A stretch of 64,000 nt of DNA from Eledone cirrhosa (lineage: Eukaryota), in contig OZ024745.1 of NCBI GenBank assembly GCA_964016885.1, positions 49,414,001 through 49,478,000 of the forward strand. The letters run 5' to 3'. The notes beneath the pieces are model-generated. The model searched no databases, was not told where the DNA came from, and was given only the letters and a program-made list of their open reading frames with translations. How positions within the stretch are numbered: position 1 is the first letter of the stretch; each line of letters begins with the position of its first letter. Positions 1 through 13,061 of the stretch are shown here, piece after piece. The translations under genes and the position numbers were made by a program.

Positions 1-540
1 GTGGTGTTAATAGTTAAAACCAGGTGCACCATATTCTTGTTTTTGTATTATTATTTCATTTATACTTGTTTTTATAATCACATCGCTTATATGTGTGTTC
101 AGCTGTCTCTGTCATATTTTCAAGGTTGACTTTGCCTTTCACCCTTCTAGAGTCCGTAGAATAAACATTGCGCAAATGTTGGGGGCCGATTTAATCACCA
201 GTGCTTATATTATTTTTTAACCTTAACTTTCCTCCTTTATTTTTTTCTTCTTTTCAAACCCCATAAAAATAAAGCAGCAAATGCTATGCAACAAACAATT
301 GTTATTACCGTTATTACCATGAGAACATATTTTGAAATGGAATATAAAATAGAATATAAATAAAGGTAATTAAAGTCAAATATTTGAAACTCTGAGTAAA
401 TGATTCTAAGCGTTCACTGCAACCGTGAGTATGTTGTTCATGTAGAGATCATTAAATATATTATCTAGGTTATTACTAAAAGAGTTGATTTGAATAGTAA
501 TGTTTAGAAAACAGCTAAAACTATAGCATTATATATTGTA

Positions 541-1437
541 CTAGCAGTGGTACCCGGCGTTGCACGAGATAAGGTATTTTGGAACGCACAGACCTAATCG
601 TGGAAAAACTGCATGCCTGGACAATATGTAAAGAAAATAAACCGAATACTCTGATGGCAGGATTTCCTCGATGAAGAAGGAAAAATGTTAGTTTTCACCT
701 AATGCGGGCCCTAGGGGATCAAGAAAATGAATTTTTTTTATGTGCATAATATGCCTTTAAATTTTGGGAAAATCGGCTAGACGTAACGCCTCCAAAAAGC
801 CCTAAGAAGCTGAAAAAATGAAGTGTTTCACCTAAGGCGGGCCCTAGGCCAAAAGAAAGTTGGATTTTCTTTGCTTACGGTATGAAGAAGAGACTGACTA
901 ATACATAGTTACAATTTCAAGGAAATCGGTCTGACGTAACGGCTGAAAAAACCCCAACAAATCTTTAAAAACGCAGTTTTTCACCTAATGCGGGCCCTAA
1001 GAGATAAAAAAAGGTTGAATTTTTTATGTGCATAACACTCCCTGAAACATGTAAAGTTTGAAAAAAATCGGTTGGGTACTTCTCGAGTTTTAGGGATTCA
1101 AACTCACACACGCACACACACACACACACACACATCCCCAGGGACGTGACGTAAAGCAGACAGTCAAACATACAGACAGGTATTATAAGGGCGCGACGTT
1201 ATATGTATGTATCTATCTAAAAAGAGAAAGACTAAGAATTATAGAGCGAGATCGCTAAATCGCCTAATGCGGTCCCTAGGGCATTGGAAATTTGAAATTC
1301 TTTTTGCTCAGAATACTCCCTGAAACAAAAATATTACATGTGTAATGTTTGAAAACTGTCAGTTGGGTAGTTCTCGAGTTTTAGGGATTCGAACTCACAC
1401 ACGCACATACAGACATCCTCAGTTTTATATATATAGA
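541..1437 (-). mobile_element. Non-autonomous Helitron (~0.9 kb)
   Basis: On the minus strand it begins A|TCTATATATATAAAACTGAGGATGTCTG and ends GCAACGCCGGGTACCACTGCTAG|T. That 3' end is nearly identical to the 3' end of the large Helitron at 22491-22514. Inserted between A and T with no TSD. Internal CACCTAATGCGGGCCCTAG-type repeats at ~696, 829, 982 and 1261. Confidence 0.9.
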
Positions 1438-3325
1438 TAAGGTGATTGATATAAAATATAAGACCAGAATTAATTCCGGGGCTCTACGTTCTCCGAATTC
1501 ATATCTCGCCGCGGTTAACTTCACCTTTCATCCTTTCGAGGTCCATAAAGAAAGTACCAATCCAGTACTGGGGTCGATCTATCTCTTTCGCACTCCCCCT
1601 CTCTCACTCTCTCTTTACTTCTCTTGAATAAATCGGCCGAGCTCCGACATGGAGAGGAGATGGGCTCCATTCGGTTTGAAGTGACAAAAAAAAAATCGCC
1701 GTATGTCACGACGGAGCCCCAGCCATGTGATCAGGATTTACGGATCCATCCCTACATATATGTTTATATTAATATGTAGATTAGCGGATGGTAGATACAA
1801 AAGAATAAATGCATATGATCTGATGGTTATGTATACACTGTTAACTATAAATAGACACTAATAATTATAGCCCTTTTATGTTCTGAGTTCACATTTCGCC
1901 GAGATCAACTATGTTTTTCCTTCTGCCGAGATGGAATCAAATAAATTCTAGTCGATTTTATCGACTATTTCCATTCTTAAATTTAATACCTTGTACCCAC
2001 GTCAGAACCATAATATTGTTTGTTATGAATGAACTTATTGCTACAAGCAATTCCAACGCGATATGACATCTTTTCTTGTGTAAAATCTTTTGAAATAAAA
2101 TATATCCAATTACATTTGTAATACACAACTACTTATTTTTCTCTCTCTTGTTGCTGCTACTTACTGGCTGTCTGGGAAAAAAGTGGTTCTTAATTTCAGG
2201 TCTCAACATATAGAAAATCATTGTTTTGCGTATGAAGTAAAAGGGATTTAAAGAAATAACGTTGAAAACGAAAGAAAGGAAATGATATTGTTGGAAGTGT
2301 CAAAAAGGAGTGGCAACTGTGGACGAGATTGAATAACAATAGGGTTTCTGATTTTATTCATTTATATATTTGTTTTACTTTGAGATGCCACACCCAACAC
2401 ATAGAAAAACTCGTGATCTACAGAGAACAGTTATTAATTTGGTTGGTATGACAGATAAACAAATGGGTTGAGTCAAATTATGATGAAGAAGAAAACTAAA
2501 TAAAAAATCAAGACCACCTTCAGGATGACACGCGAAATTTTAATATGTAATTTTATGCCTCAAATATGAAGAGGAAACTGCAAAAATTTCCAAGACCCCT
2601 GCTGCTAATTATGAATCAGGGGGAAAAATGACTACGTAATACTAACTTCATGAGAATTTTGAAAAGTTAAAAGGTTTGATAACGAAGCCGTTTATCTCTA
2701 AAGAATTAGAATTGCCGCTTTCTTATAAACATCTCACTCTACAATACTTAACTCTTATTTAGATAACATGATGTTAAATTGATGGATAGTATAAGAAAAC
2801 GCCTCGTTTCCCTTGCTATATTTAATCATTATCTGATAGTCTTAATTTGCTTTTATCATTTTTTCACATTCACTTATGACTAACAACAACGAATATATTA
2901 TGTACCATATAGTGGGAATGAAATAATAACATACAATTATCTAACTCATTGTGCTCTGCAGTGGTGGTTTGTGTCCAAATTATAAAAGTGGTCGACAATA
3001 TAGAGGACATGATTTTAAATAAATGTTTATTTCGTGTCTCTAAATAGAAGTTAATATTGCCCCAAGGATTTTAGAATTCCTTGAAGCTGGAAATAAAGAT
3101 AACTGTGTAATCAGTGGCGGACTGGGTCTAAAAATATTGGTTGCCAGGAGATGAAGGGGGCCCTCCTACATATCATTTAATTTTTATAATGAATAAATAA
3201 CATTTTCGAAAAATACATAAGTGGAAACAAAACAGTGCAATCAAATTTTTGCGGGAAAATATCTTACCTTCTCCAATAAAAAATATTATGTATTTTGCGA
3301 AATCCAGAGACTTTCAATAATGACC

Positions 3326-3725
3326 AGAAGTCGGCCCTAAATATTACTAATAGGTCTAGGAAAGCCATTAACGACACAACATCTTTTTAACTTTGATTTT
3401 GAAAGTAGGTTTATAATTATCAATTTTCATTACACTCTCGTAGTTGTCTCGGTGGCCGAGTTGGATGAATCATAGACGCTGGTGATCCTGGTCTGAAGTT
3501 CGATCCTGGGTCGTAAATAAAAACTGAAAAAGTTTACATGTACCTCTTGACCAGGATTGAACCCTAAGTCAGGATCACCAACGCCTACAGTACCTACCGC
3601 TAGGCCCCAGAGACAACTATGAAAATTCATACTTATAAACCTACTTTCAAAATTTTCAAAACAAAATCATGTGGTGTCGTTCATGTCTTTCTTAATATTA
3701 TTGCTCCTACTTAAGGTCGACTTCT
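3326..3725. repeat. ~400-bp imperfect palindrome containing two convergent tRNA-like (A box/B box) units
   Basis: Arms run AGAAGTCGGCCCTAA... and ...TTAAGGTCGACTTCT and align along almost their whole length. The + unit has TGGCCGAGTTGG and GTTCGATCC; the - unit has GGGCCTAGCGG and GTTCAATCC. Confidence 0.8.
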
Positions 3726-4060
3726 AAATCATTTGGGTGTTCCATAAACTACATCCTCGTTTTGTTTCTCATCTATCTAGACTATATTTTAACCTGTAAT
3801 ACATGTTTCATTTCTGTTCCACCTCATTTCCCCCGCCCCCATCTCTCTCTTGTTCTCTCTGTGATATTTGAATCTACTATGATTTGGGCTTACCTTATTC
3901 CTATATATATGTTTTTGCATGTCAGTTAGATTCAAACTTATAATGATTGGCATTATATATAGAGAGATGTCAACATGAATGGACCTGTTATTTTTATCTA
4001 AAGACATTTTTTCCAATTCCAACCCACCCGTCCCAACAATCTATTTTATTTCTCAATCTT

Positions 4061-4096
4061 TCTTCTGCTGAAGGACTAACGTCCGAAACGTTAAGA
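4061..4096 (+). ncRNA. Minimal hammerhead-ribozyme-like motif (Penelope-like pLTR remnant)
   Basis: TCTT-CTGCTGA-A-GGAC(TAAC)GTCC-GAAA-CGTT-AAGA. The core resembles CUGANGA...GAAA with a 4-bp helix II, as in Penelope-like element pLTRs. The core has one deviation. Confidence 0.5.
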
Positions 4097-4177
4097 CCCT
4101 CTTCCTGCTATATCAAGCGTTAACCTAATATATCCCTTCCATATACTGTACCGATTGTGTTGTTTACCTTTTACATA

Positions 4178-4215
<38 letters not shown>

Positions 4216-4638
4216 CTAGGGGCGGGTAAAATTCCCGAGATCCATGGATGAGTTCTCTCCAGCGGTCTCTGTCCCTCATTATCGCTGCCATGTCCTTCGT
4301 CTCCAACAGACCAGTGTCTGTCCTTAGGGCATCAACATACGTTAAGCTTGGTCTTCCTCTTCCAGTGTGTCCATGTAGGGGCTCCCACAGGAGCACTGAG
4401 TGCAATGTCAACTCTGGGTGTCGGTGAGCATGTCCAGCTAACCTCAGTCTCATCTGTGTCACTTTTGAGCTGACTTTTGGGAGGCTCCCATACAGCTCTG
4501 AAAATCCGCCTCTTCATTGCTGTAGTGGAGTCTGTGCTGCTGTACGGGTCTGAGACTTGGACACTGACCAAGAAACTCACTCAGATGGTGGATGGGTGCT
4601 ACACGAGAATGCTGAGGATGGCTCTGAACATTAATCAG
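4216..4638 (-). mobile_element. 5'-truncated RTE-clade LINE 3' end with internal inversion
   Basis: Minus 4216-~4495 encodes LYGSLPKVSSKVTQMRLRLAGHAHRHPE...WEPLHG..GRGRPSLTYVD, the RTE C-terminus. Plus ~4496-4638 encodes the normally upstream LKIRLF..VESVLLYGSETWTLT...RMLRMALNI. Flanked by (TA)n on both sides. Confidence 0.85.
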
Positions 4639-4647
4639 TATATATAT

Positions 4648-4730
<83 letters not shown>

Positions 4731-4945
4731 ATGGTGGACTAGGTCTAAAAATAATGGTTGCCAGATGTAGGAGGCCCACCTACATATAGAATGCTATCAT
4801 TTAATTTTTATAATGAATAAATAACATTTTCAAAAAACACCTAAGTGGAAACAAAACAGTGCAATCAAATTTTTGCGGAAGAATATCTTACCCTAGGCAG
4901 TAAAAAATAGTTTGTATTTTGCGAAATCCAGAGACTTTCAATAAT

Positions 4946-5132
4946 TGTTTCTACTTTTGGCACAAGGCCAGCAAATACCCAGTACATTACTGGTACTTTA
5001 TTTTATCGACCCCGTAAGGATGAAAGGTAAAGTTAACCTCGACGGGATTTGAACTCAAACCATAAAGGGACGTAACTATGCTAGAAAGCATGACGTCCAA
5101 CCCTCTACCGATACTGCCAATTCGCCGCCCTA
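4946..5132 (-). mobile_element. tRNA-derived SINE (main family of this window) with 18-bp TSD
   Basis: Head GGGCGGCGAATTGGCAGTATCGGTAG, B box GAGTTCAAATCCC and body CTTTCATCCTTACGGGTCGATAAAATAAAGTACCAG. TSD CCAGAGACTTTCAATAAT (4928-4945) and CCAGAAACTTTCAATAAT (5133-5150). The empty site is visible at ~3304-3325. Confidence 0.9.
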
Positions 5133-5172
5133 CCAGAAACTTTCAATAATGACCTTTGGTCTTTCACACTGA

Positions 5173-5398
<226 letters not shown>

Positions 5399-6860
5399 GT
5401 ATCTATATCTATATCTACCGTGGGCCTCCTGTGGCGGACGGTACAATTGGGCCACCTGGCAACATGGCCAGTCCGCCACTGTGTGCAATGAAAGTATATG
5501 ATGTATAGTTTCAGTCATATTAGCTTAGTAGTTGAAGATAAAACCTAAGCGAAAAGATAAAAGAATATAGAGTGAGACTGATGCAATACAATGTTTAGTG
5601 TAAGGACTTGATTGTGACAGAGTAACTGATGAGTTCAGAGAACACGGTACTTTTGATCGTATGGATGTGAATATAATATAGAGTCAGTAATCCTTCACAT
5701 CGATTTACGCAGTTTATCAATCTATAACTATAAAAAAAGTGATGCAATCCATTTAACGAAGAAGAAACACTGTAAAATATTCCTGAAATAAAATAAAAAC
5801 AATTAAATTCCAATTTGATTATTTGATACCAATAAAATATATTTGAAATTAAATATCTAACATAAGTGGAGGTCTAAATGCGAAGGTAGTTGATGTTTGG
5901 AAGCAATTTCAAGTCTAAATAAAAACTACGTCTTCCGCTTTTAGGTGGATATAAATATTTTGATGGTATCAATATTTCCTTTCTACGAGAAAAGCAATCC
6001 CACACGTTATGAAAATAACTCGAGCAGAGAAATACATTTCTAACTCCTTTTATGGTTAAGCAGGCAAGTCTTGAAGCAAACCTATACAGCTTGTTGCCTA
6101 AATTATATGTACAAGTTTAATCTCATTTGCGTTGTATTCATTCCACACATGATAACTATAGCGTTAACAGAGGACAGGGGGAGACTGTCATAAGCAGTAG
6201 AGCACCAAATTAAATGACCGACAATATTTACTTTCGGTTTTTATTAGTCTCTGTGATCAAACCACACCGAGAAAGATTTAGTTTTAATCTCAGTAAAGCA
6301 GTAAGATAAATACCTTTCACCAATATCAAAACGTGTCGTATAACTTTAAAATTTAGCTTCAGGTTTTAATTGAAGATAATACAAACACCGAAGCTGATAC
6401 AAAATATTTATTTAGTATATGTGTGCTCATTTCTCTCCCCCCCCCCTTGCTTGTTCTCATTCAAACAAATTTTCTCCCTTCTTCTGTCAGTCAACATTTC
6501 CTCTTTCACATCTTATTTATAATTCATATTACGATTACTACTGATATTGCTATTGTTATTATTCGGAAGAGCCTTTCAAGATTTAGTTTCGTCTCTCAAA
6601 TGTTTATGTTTAAATCTCAAACGGAGTCATAAAATAAGATTAAATCAGCCATAACCAAACCCTTCAAACGTTGGTTCATGTGTGGAAGGAAATCCTTATT
6701 ATTTAAAGTGGAATTAGTTGTCTAGGCGAGTGGGGATTTCGATCTTCGTTCACTCAACTTACACTACTAATACTCTTTAAAAGAAATAAATGTTACCGTG
6801 TTCGATTTCTAATATGAAACTAAAACGTAACAATTATTATATCAGATGAAAGAGATCAAT

Positions 6861-7070
6861 GGATTGGCACAATCGTTAGAGCGTTGGACAAAAGCAGAGA
6901 AGTATTTTTCCGGCCCTTAATGTTCTGATTTCAAATCCTGCTGAGGTCAATTTTACTTTTCATCCTTTCGGGGTGGTTAAAATATAGTACCAGTTAAGTA
7001 CTGGGGCCGATATAATTGAGTTTCTCTTTTCCCCAAATTGCTGGCCTTATGTCAATATTAGAAATTATTA
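6861..7070 (+). mobile_element. tRNA-derived SINE, main family
   Basis: GGATTGGCACAATCGTTAG...TTCAAATCCTG...TTTCATCCTTTCGGGG...GCTGGCCTT...ATTATTATT tail. Confidence 0.8.
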
Positions 7071-7811
7071 TTATATCACAGGAGTTATTTTGGTGTAAAC
7101 ATTAACGAGGGATTGTCTGAGTTAGCACTTTACAGTTGAAAAAAAAATATAGTATAATGATGTTTACGTTTTAAATGACTATCATAACCCCTCCACTGAA
7201 AAACAAAACAAAACCTTTAACATTTTTTACACTAAACTACAGCAAACCACCCTTGGTTCTATGATACAGAAATGTTTATTTTAAAGTCTTTCGATTTGTG
7301 TAAGAACGTTTATTTAGTTATATTCCAAATCCCAGCTAAGTAATGAGAAAGTTAATTATATATATCCCTCCGAATTATTTACTATTTCCAAAAATTACTT
7401 AAAAGTCATTGGCGATGTATTTCATTAGAAATATTGTATCGAAAAGGTTAAGCTTATCTTAGAAGTGATGGAATAGTCAGTACGCTGAGATATTTCGAAT
7501 ATTGTGAGTATCGTGAGAAATATATATTGTCAAATTCTCAACCAACAATATTATATTCTATGCAGTGAAGCTCGTAGACAAAACAGCTGCGGCATGTTAG
7601 CATTGGTACGCAGCTTAAAACAAAGGAACATTACCAATATTGTAAATTAACGCTTCTTCCGAAACTTAGTTCTATATATAGAGATTTAGAAAAACAAATA
7701 CACCACACATACATACACACAAAACGTACACATATATACATATGTACTCTTGCTCTAAAACAATTTTATTAATTAATCAATATGAGCTGAGGTGCGTTAC
7801 GTAATTTTCTT

Positions 7812-7852
<41 letters not shown>

Positions 7853-7853
7853 T

Positions 7854-7934
<81 letters not shown>

Positions 7935-7937
7935 TTG

Positions 7938-7976
<39 letters not shown>

Positions 7977-7977
7977 T

Positions 7978-8022
<45 letters not shown>

Positions 8023-9209
8023 TCGTCATCTTGGCATGTGGTGGGTATGTCGGTGGTTCTCATTTGGAGTTACTGTTCTCCTAGACTGATCGGAGGACCA
8101 TGGGTTGCTCAAATGTTCCATTTGTGGCATGTTTTTTCTTTAACGACCAAATCCTTTTCATAATATGAAACATGATACAGATTGTACTTAGGGGTTATTT
8201 TATCGCGGCACCAACACTAGAGAAGTTGTCATACCTTCGACACAACTAAAGAATCCTCTCCACATTGACGACGTTTCATCCACAATCACTTTATAAAGTA
8301 CATTGAGTGCATTTTATCGTGGCATTAACACTGGAGAAGTTGTCTTTTCCTCTGCAAAACTAAAGAGATATTTTACTTTACATTGAGGAAAATTTCAATT
8401 AAACCTCACATGGAAAAGTGAGAATCATGGATAGCAGTAGAGGGTGAGGAAGAGAAACTCATAGGATACTGAGTGCGAACTAATTTAAACACTTTTAGTG
8501 AATGAAATATTAAACTCTAGATAAGAAAACCCAATTGGAAATGATTGTACCTAATCAAAAGAAACTGTAATTTACCTCACTGAACAACTAAAGAGTCAAG
8601 GAGGGAGTCACTATATAGTCGCTCCATATGCTAGAAATTGCAGACAAACGTCTCTAAAATCACACCTTACCTTCTCACAAAACGAAAGGATACAATGATC
8701 GTTGCTGGAAGACCTTTAAATATTAATTTTGTCCAATTCAGGTCCACCTTATGCTAATCAACAACAATAACATTTAGAGAACAAGCAAATGAGGAAAGTC
8801 TTTACATGTGCACTCGACTTGCTTTATATATCAGTTGGATCACTCTCAAATCTCATCCCACTCCTGTAAAAATGAAGTAGCATACATTGGATAGCGTAGT
8901 TCTAGACATTGTATTTAAAAGGCAATGTAAAAGTAAATGTAAAGGGCCATTGATTTGGTGAAGTCGTAGGAGTGCCGTCATGACACACGGCGTGTATGGG
9001 ACATTTTAAACTTAACGGAGACGATCATCCTCCAGATCGGAACACAGTCGATTTCTTACAGAAAAAGGATGAGAAAATATGTGATAAAGAGAGATAGAAG
9101 ACCCCGGTACTGGACTGGTACCAAATTTATCGACCTCAACATGATTTTAACTCAGAGTGCAGTGAGCCGCAACAAATACCAAGGTATTTTTTTATTCGAC
9201 GACCTAACA

Positions 9210-9385
9210 CAAACCAGCCAACCTCTAAAATCCCAAACGGAGAGGACCATGAAGGAAAGTGGTTCAAAACGGGGGAGATTTTACAAAATGAAAGCTTTAC
9301 CCATTTTCACAAGAGAAGACATCTCTCACCCACCCCAAAGTGGGTGGGAGATCTCCCCGTGGGACAGGGAGAGTTCACAGGTCTG
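9210..9385. mobile_element. MITE with CAGACCTG-type TIRs and 6-bp TSD, inserted in a SINE
   Basis: Inverted copy of 33665-33829. Flanks CTAACA and CTAACG. It interrupts a minus-strand SINE (~9100-9413). Confidence 0.8.
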
Positions 9386-9974
9386 CTAACGATTCCGCCA
9401 ATTCGCTACCTTAAATTCAGATTTAACTTGGGGTTAAACAACAAAACCCAGTCAGGAGTAAGTTTACAAAAATTGAAGATCATAAAGGTATCATGACATT
9501 AACAAAGTTAGAACAACTATTAGATAACTTTGCATTTGATAAGCAAATACTTAAATTTAGCTCATAGAAGTTGTAAATTTGTATGATACGACGGAACGTA
9601 ATATAAAACTTAGCAGAAACATGAAAAAGTCAATAAAAACTTCCATGTTTTGCGTGTGTGTGTGGGGGGGGGGGGGGGGGGGGGTCGAGTAGCTTTGGCT
9701 ATATTTATGTGATGAATAGTTTGGTCTCGTCTACAGAAACATAACTCAACGATCATACATATTCAACCACTATTAACTGATTATACACAAACGTATGCAT
9801 GCACGTATGTTCATCCGTATTTATTTATATACGTATGTATATATGTATATTTGTCTTAATTTCGAGTTTATTTTGACTACTAGCCACTATCCCCGTGGAA
9901 TAGTTGTAAAGACACACATGCAACTGTTGGTATATATATATATATGTATATGTATATATATATATGTATATATG

Positions 9975-10065
<91 letters not shown>

Positions 10066-10339
10066 AAAATATATAAATACCAAACGCAGAAAATAACTGT
10101 AATAGCAAACAACTGATATAAAAAAACGGAGCCAGCCGGCATTATGTAGAATCGAACCCCGTTTCTATCGAATACGGCCGTTAAACTAGGGGGCAACTAA
10201 CTACGAATTCCGTTAAATTTAACGTGCTATACTAAATAGCTTATGAATTATTGAAGTGTTTGTGTGATTTGAAATTTGGAAATTACAAATGCGGACAGAA
10301 TTATAATCGACAGGCTAAATAACAACAAAAACAATGATA

Positions 10340-10892
10340 ATGGTTTCTTATATAGGCACAAGGACAGCAATTTTGAGGGAAGGGAAAGTCAATTAAATCG
10401 ACCCTAGTGCATTACTGGTACTTTATTTTATCGACTCCGTAAGGATGAAAGGCAAAGCTAACCTCGGCGGGAACTCAGAGTCTAAAGAGATAGAACAGCG
10501 CAATGGTATTTTAGCTGACGCTCAACCAATTGAGTCAATCTACCACTCTCGCAAATCACATATTAAAAAGGTAAAACGAAATCGCACCGACCTATTCAGT
10601 TTTAAAATTTATTTAAATTAACACTTTTCTTTTGTCCCGTAACTCCTGCTAGAGTCGTAGGGGCCTGAGTACAGCAGATTTCTCCCAGATAAAGATAGAA
10701 AGTGAGAGAGGGGAAATGCGAAAGAGGTATAAAAGAAGAATCGACCACAGTACTTGAAAAGTACTTTTTTAATCGACCTCGAAAAGATGAAAGGCAAAGT
10801 TGACCGCGGCGGGATTTGAACTCAGAGAGCAAGAACGAATAACTTAAAGCATTCTATCCAATGTTCTAACGACTCTGCCAGTTTGCCTCCTA
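10340..10892 (-). mobile_element. Two minus-strand SINE copies, main family
   Basis: GTAAGGATGAAAGGCAAAG(C/T)T(A/G)ACC...GGGA..TGAACTCAGA-type blocks at ~10440 and ~10785. Confidence 0.75.
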
Positions 10893-11559
10893 AATTAATA
10901 TTTCAATGCGATAAATATATTTTACTGACTGCTGCAACTGCGGTTATTAAAAGATAACGAAGTTGTCTTACATCTTAACTTTAAATTCGCGATCGTAAAG
11001 TTACATATTCGCTTTAGTTTGAAGTAGAAAAACTATTTTAAGTTAAACTATAAACTTGGCCAAGAACCAGTTACCTTTTTTATTGAGAGTCCTATCGTAT
11101 TATCTTTGTTGGCCACATTCCCCCATTAATAACCATATATATAAACTTTGTTTCTAATTCTAAGTTGTTTCTATTGATTTCATAAATCATTAATGAAATC
11201 TATGAATAACCAGAGAGTGGTTCCCTCGACTAACTTGTTGAACTGCTATTTGATAATAGATGCGGGGGCACCAATAACAATAGCAGCTATGACGCAGTGC
11301 AAAACAACTGCAATAATCGAAAATACTTTCTAGTTTGGGGAAAAGTTGTATTATATAACAGGAAATTAGGAGCTTAAAACAATATTTGTGTAGATTCCAT
11401 TTCTACTTAGATTCATATATTTACTTACCTTGTTTTCATCCCAACAGGGGTGTGTAGAGTGGCGGGGAGAGCCAAGCTGGGACCCTGCTGATATACATAA
11501 AATATTACACCATCATCATATCAAAACATTTCAAAAACAAGTATTTTTATCAAATCAAA

Positions 11560-11614
<55 letters not shown>

Positions 11615-11805
11615 GGCTAAACAGGGATTCTTGTTACACTGGAGTTTCGCCTGTTTATCACAGGGTCATCAGACAAGAACGGATACGTATATATATAATT
11701 CTTATATATATATATATGTGTATGTATGTATGTATGTATGTATGTATGTATGTATGTATGTATGTATGTATGTATGTATGTATGTATGTATGTATGTATG
11801 TATGT

Positions 11806-12359
11806 ATGGTCGGGTCGTTGGCGACTAAACTGGCAACCCCACCAATGTTTCTTGGTGAGGAGGGTGACATTGGACATTCTGCAGGACTAAAAACAAAACC
11901 TGTCAAAGGGCAAAGGAGCTCTTAAGAGTCAATGGCCATCCAAAATCACCGGGAGAGATGACCCCTTAGCCTTTGTCAAGGCAGAATTCTAGGAGAAGGA
12001 AAACTCTGATATAACACCTGCAACCCTGATGGTATCCAATGATGTTGACTTGTTCTTCTTTTTGGTAAATATCATCTTGGTTAAGAGAGTGGGACTGGCT
12101 TTGTGCAGTGCCTTTGTTCACTATAAAAGCTTCACGGCACAGGCATTTCTGTATATCTGGAGATCTCTCTGCACTTGTCGTCACATGGTACCATGGGCCC
12201 AGCACTATGTGCCAATAATTGTCACAAGTGTAGTGTGTGTACCAGAGTTTTCAAGTAGCTGGCTGGACTAAAAAGTAACACTCGTTCAGCGCATCGGTAG
12301 GGGTTCTCCTACATGGATATAAAGTAGTGGCCGTACTCGAAAACGAGTTGGCAGCCACC

Positions 12360-12360
<1 letters not shown>
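11806..12360 (+). mobile_element. Non-coding repeat resembling an RTE-type LINE 5' UTR, copy 1
   Basis: Highly similar to the reverse complement of 43363-43974. Contains CTAGGAGAAGGAAAACTCTGA, a motif I recall from RTE 5' UTRs. Flanked by (TATG)n and (TA)n. Confidence 0.65.
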
Positions 12361-12423
<63 letters not shown>

Positions 12424-12590
12424 GGAGTAACAGATTATTGTTATAGGTAGTCCACTTAAGTGTAGTCCAGTTATGGTACTCCGGGTAGTGGATGATATCA
12501 ACGCTTGGCTAAGTTTGACCCAACAAGGCGTTTCCATAGTGATGCTGCGAGCACGCGGTAATTTCTATGTTGTTAACACCAGGAGTAATG

Positions 12591-12944
12591 ATAAATCAGG
12601 AAAGAAGAGTGACGTGGTGTGCTATACAAAAAAGGTTTTTAATCTCATTGCTGACAATTGTTTCTCTGAACTGGTAGGTCTAGAGATCGCTACCCGCTTA
12701 TTTTCACGTTATTCGATCACCAATACAAAGTTATAACCAGTCAATTCATCGGAGCTTATGAGCTTGTTGATTCTCACAAGCTCCGATGAATTGACTGGTT
12801 ACAACTTTGTATTGGTGATCGAATGACGTGAAAACAAGCAGGTAGAGATCTCTAGACCATCCAGTTCAGAGAAACAATTGTCAGCAATGAGATTAAAAAC
12901 CTTTTTTGTATAGCACACCATGTCACTCTTCTTTCCTGATTTAT
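12591..12944. repeat. 354-bp near-perfect palindrome (172-bp arms, 10-nt loop)
   Basis: ATAAATCAGGAAAGAAGAGTGAC...GGAGCTTATGAG, loop CTTGTTGATT, then CTCACAAGCTCC...GTCACTCTTCTTTCCTGATTTAT. Only a few mismatches. Confidence 0.97.
12780..12885 (+). ncRNA. Type I hammerhead-ribozyme-like fold with enlarged helix II loop (mirror copy on - strand at 12650-12755)
   Basis: Helix I GCT/AGC; core CCGATGA; helix II TGACTGG/CCAGTTCA; GAAA; helix III C-AATT-G with palindromic loop; GTC cleavage triplet. Confidence 0.6.
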
Positions 12945-13015
12945 ATATACTTATATATATATATTCACATACATATATATACATATATATATATATACAT
13001 ACATACATACATACA

Positions 13016-13061
<46 letters not shown>

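Noticed and set aside
2380-2810. Possible decayed coding exon
   Set aside because: Stops occur in the frames I tried and there is no recognisable motif.
3440-3620. Genuine tRNA genes
   Set aside because: A and B boxes are present but I could not build a convincing cloverleaf or acceptor stem, so these are treated as tRNA-derived.
11966-12271. Conserved duplicated small ORFs (also at 43452-43757)
   Set aside because: The similarity reflects two copies of one repeat. The ORFs overlap on both strands and have no recognisable domain.
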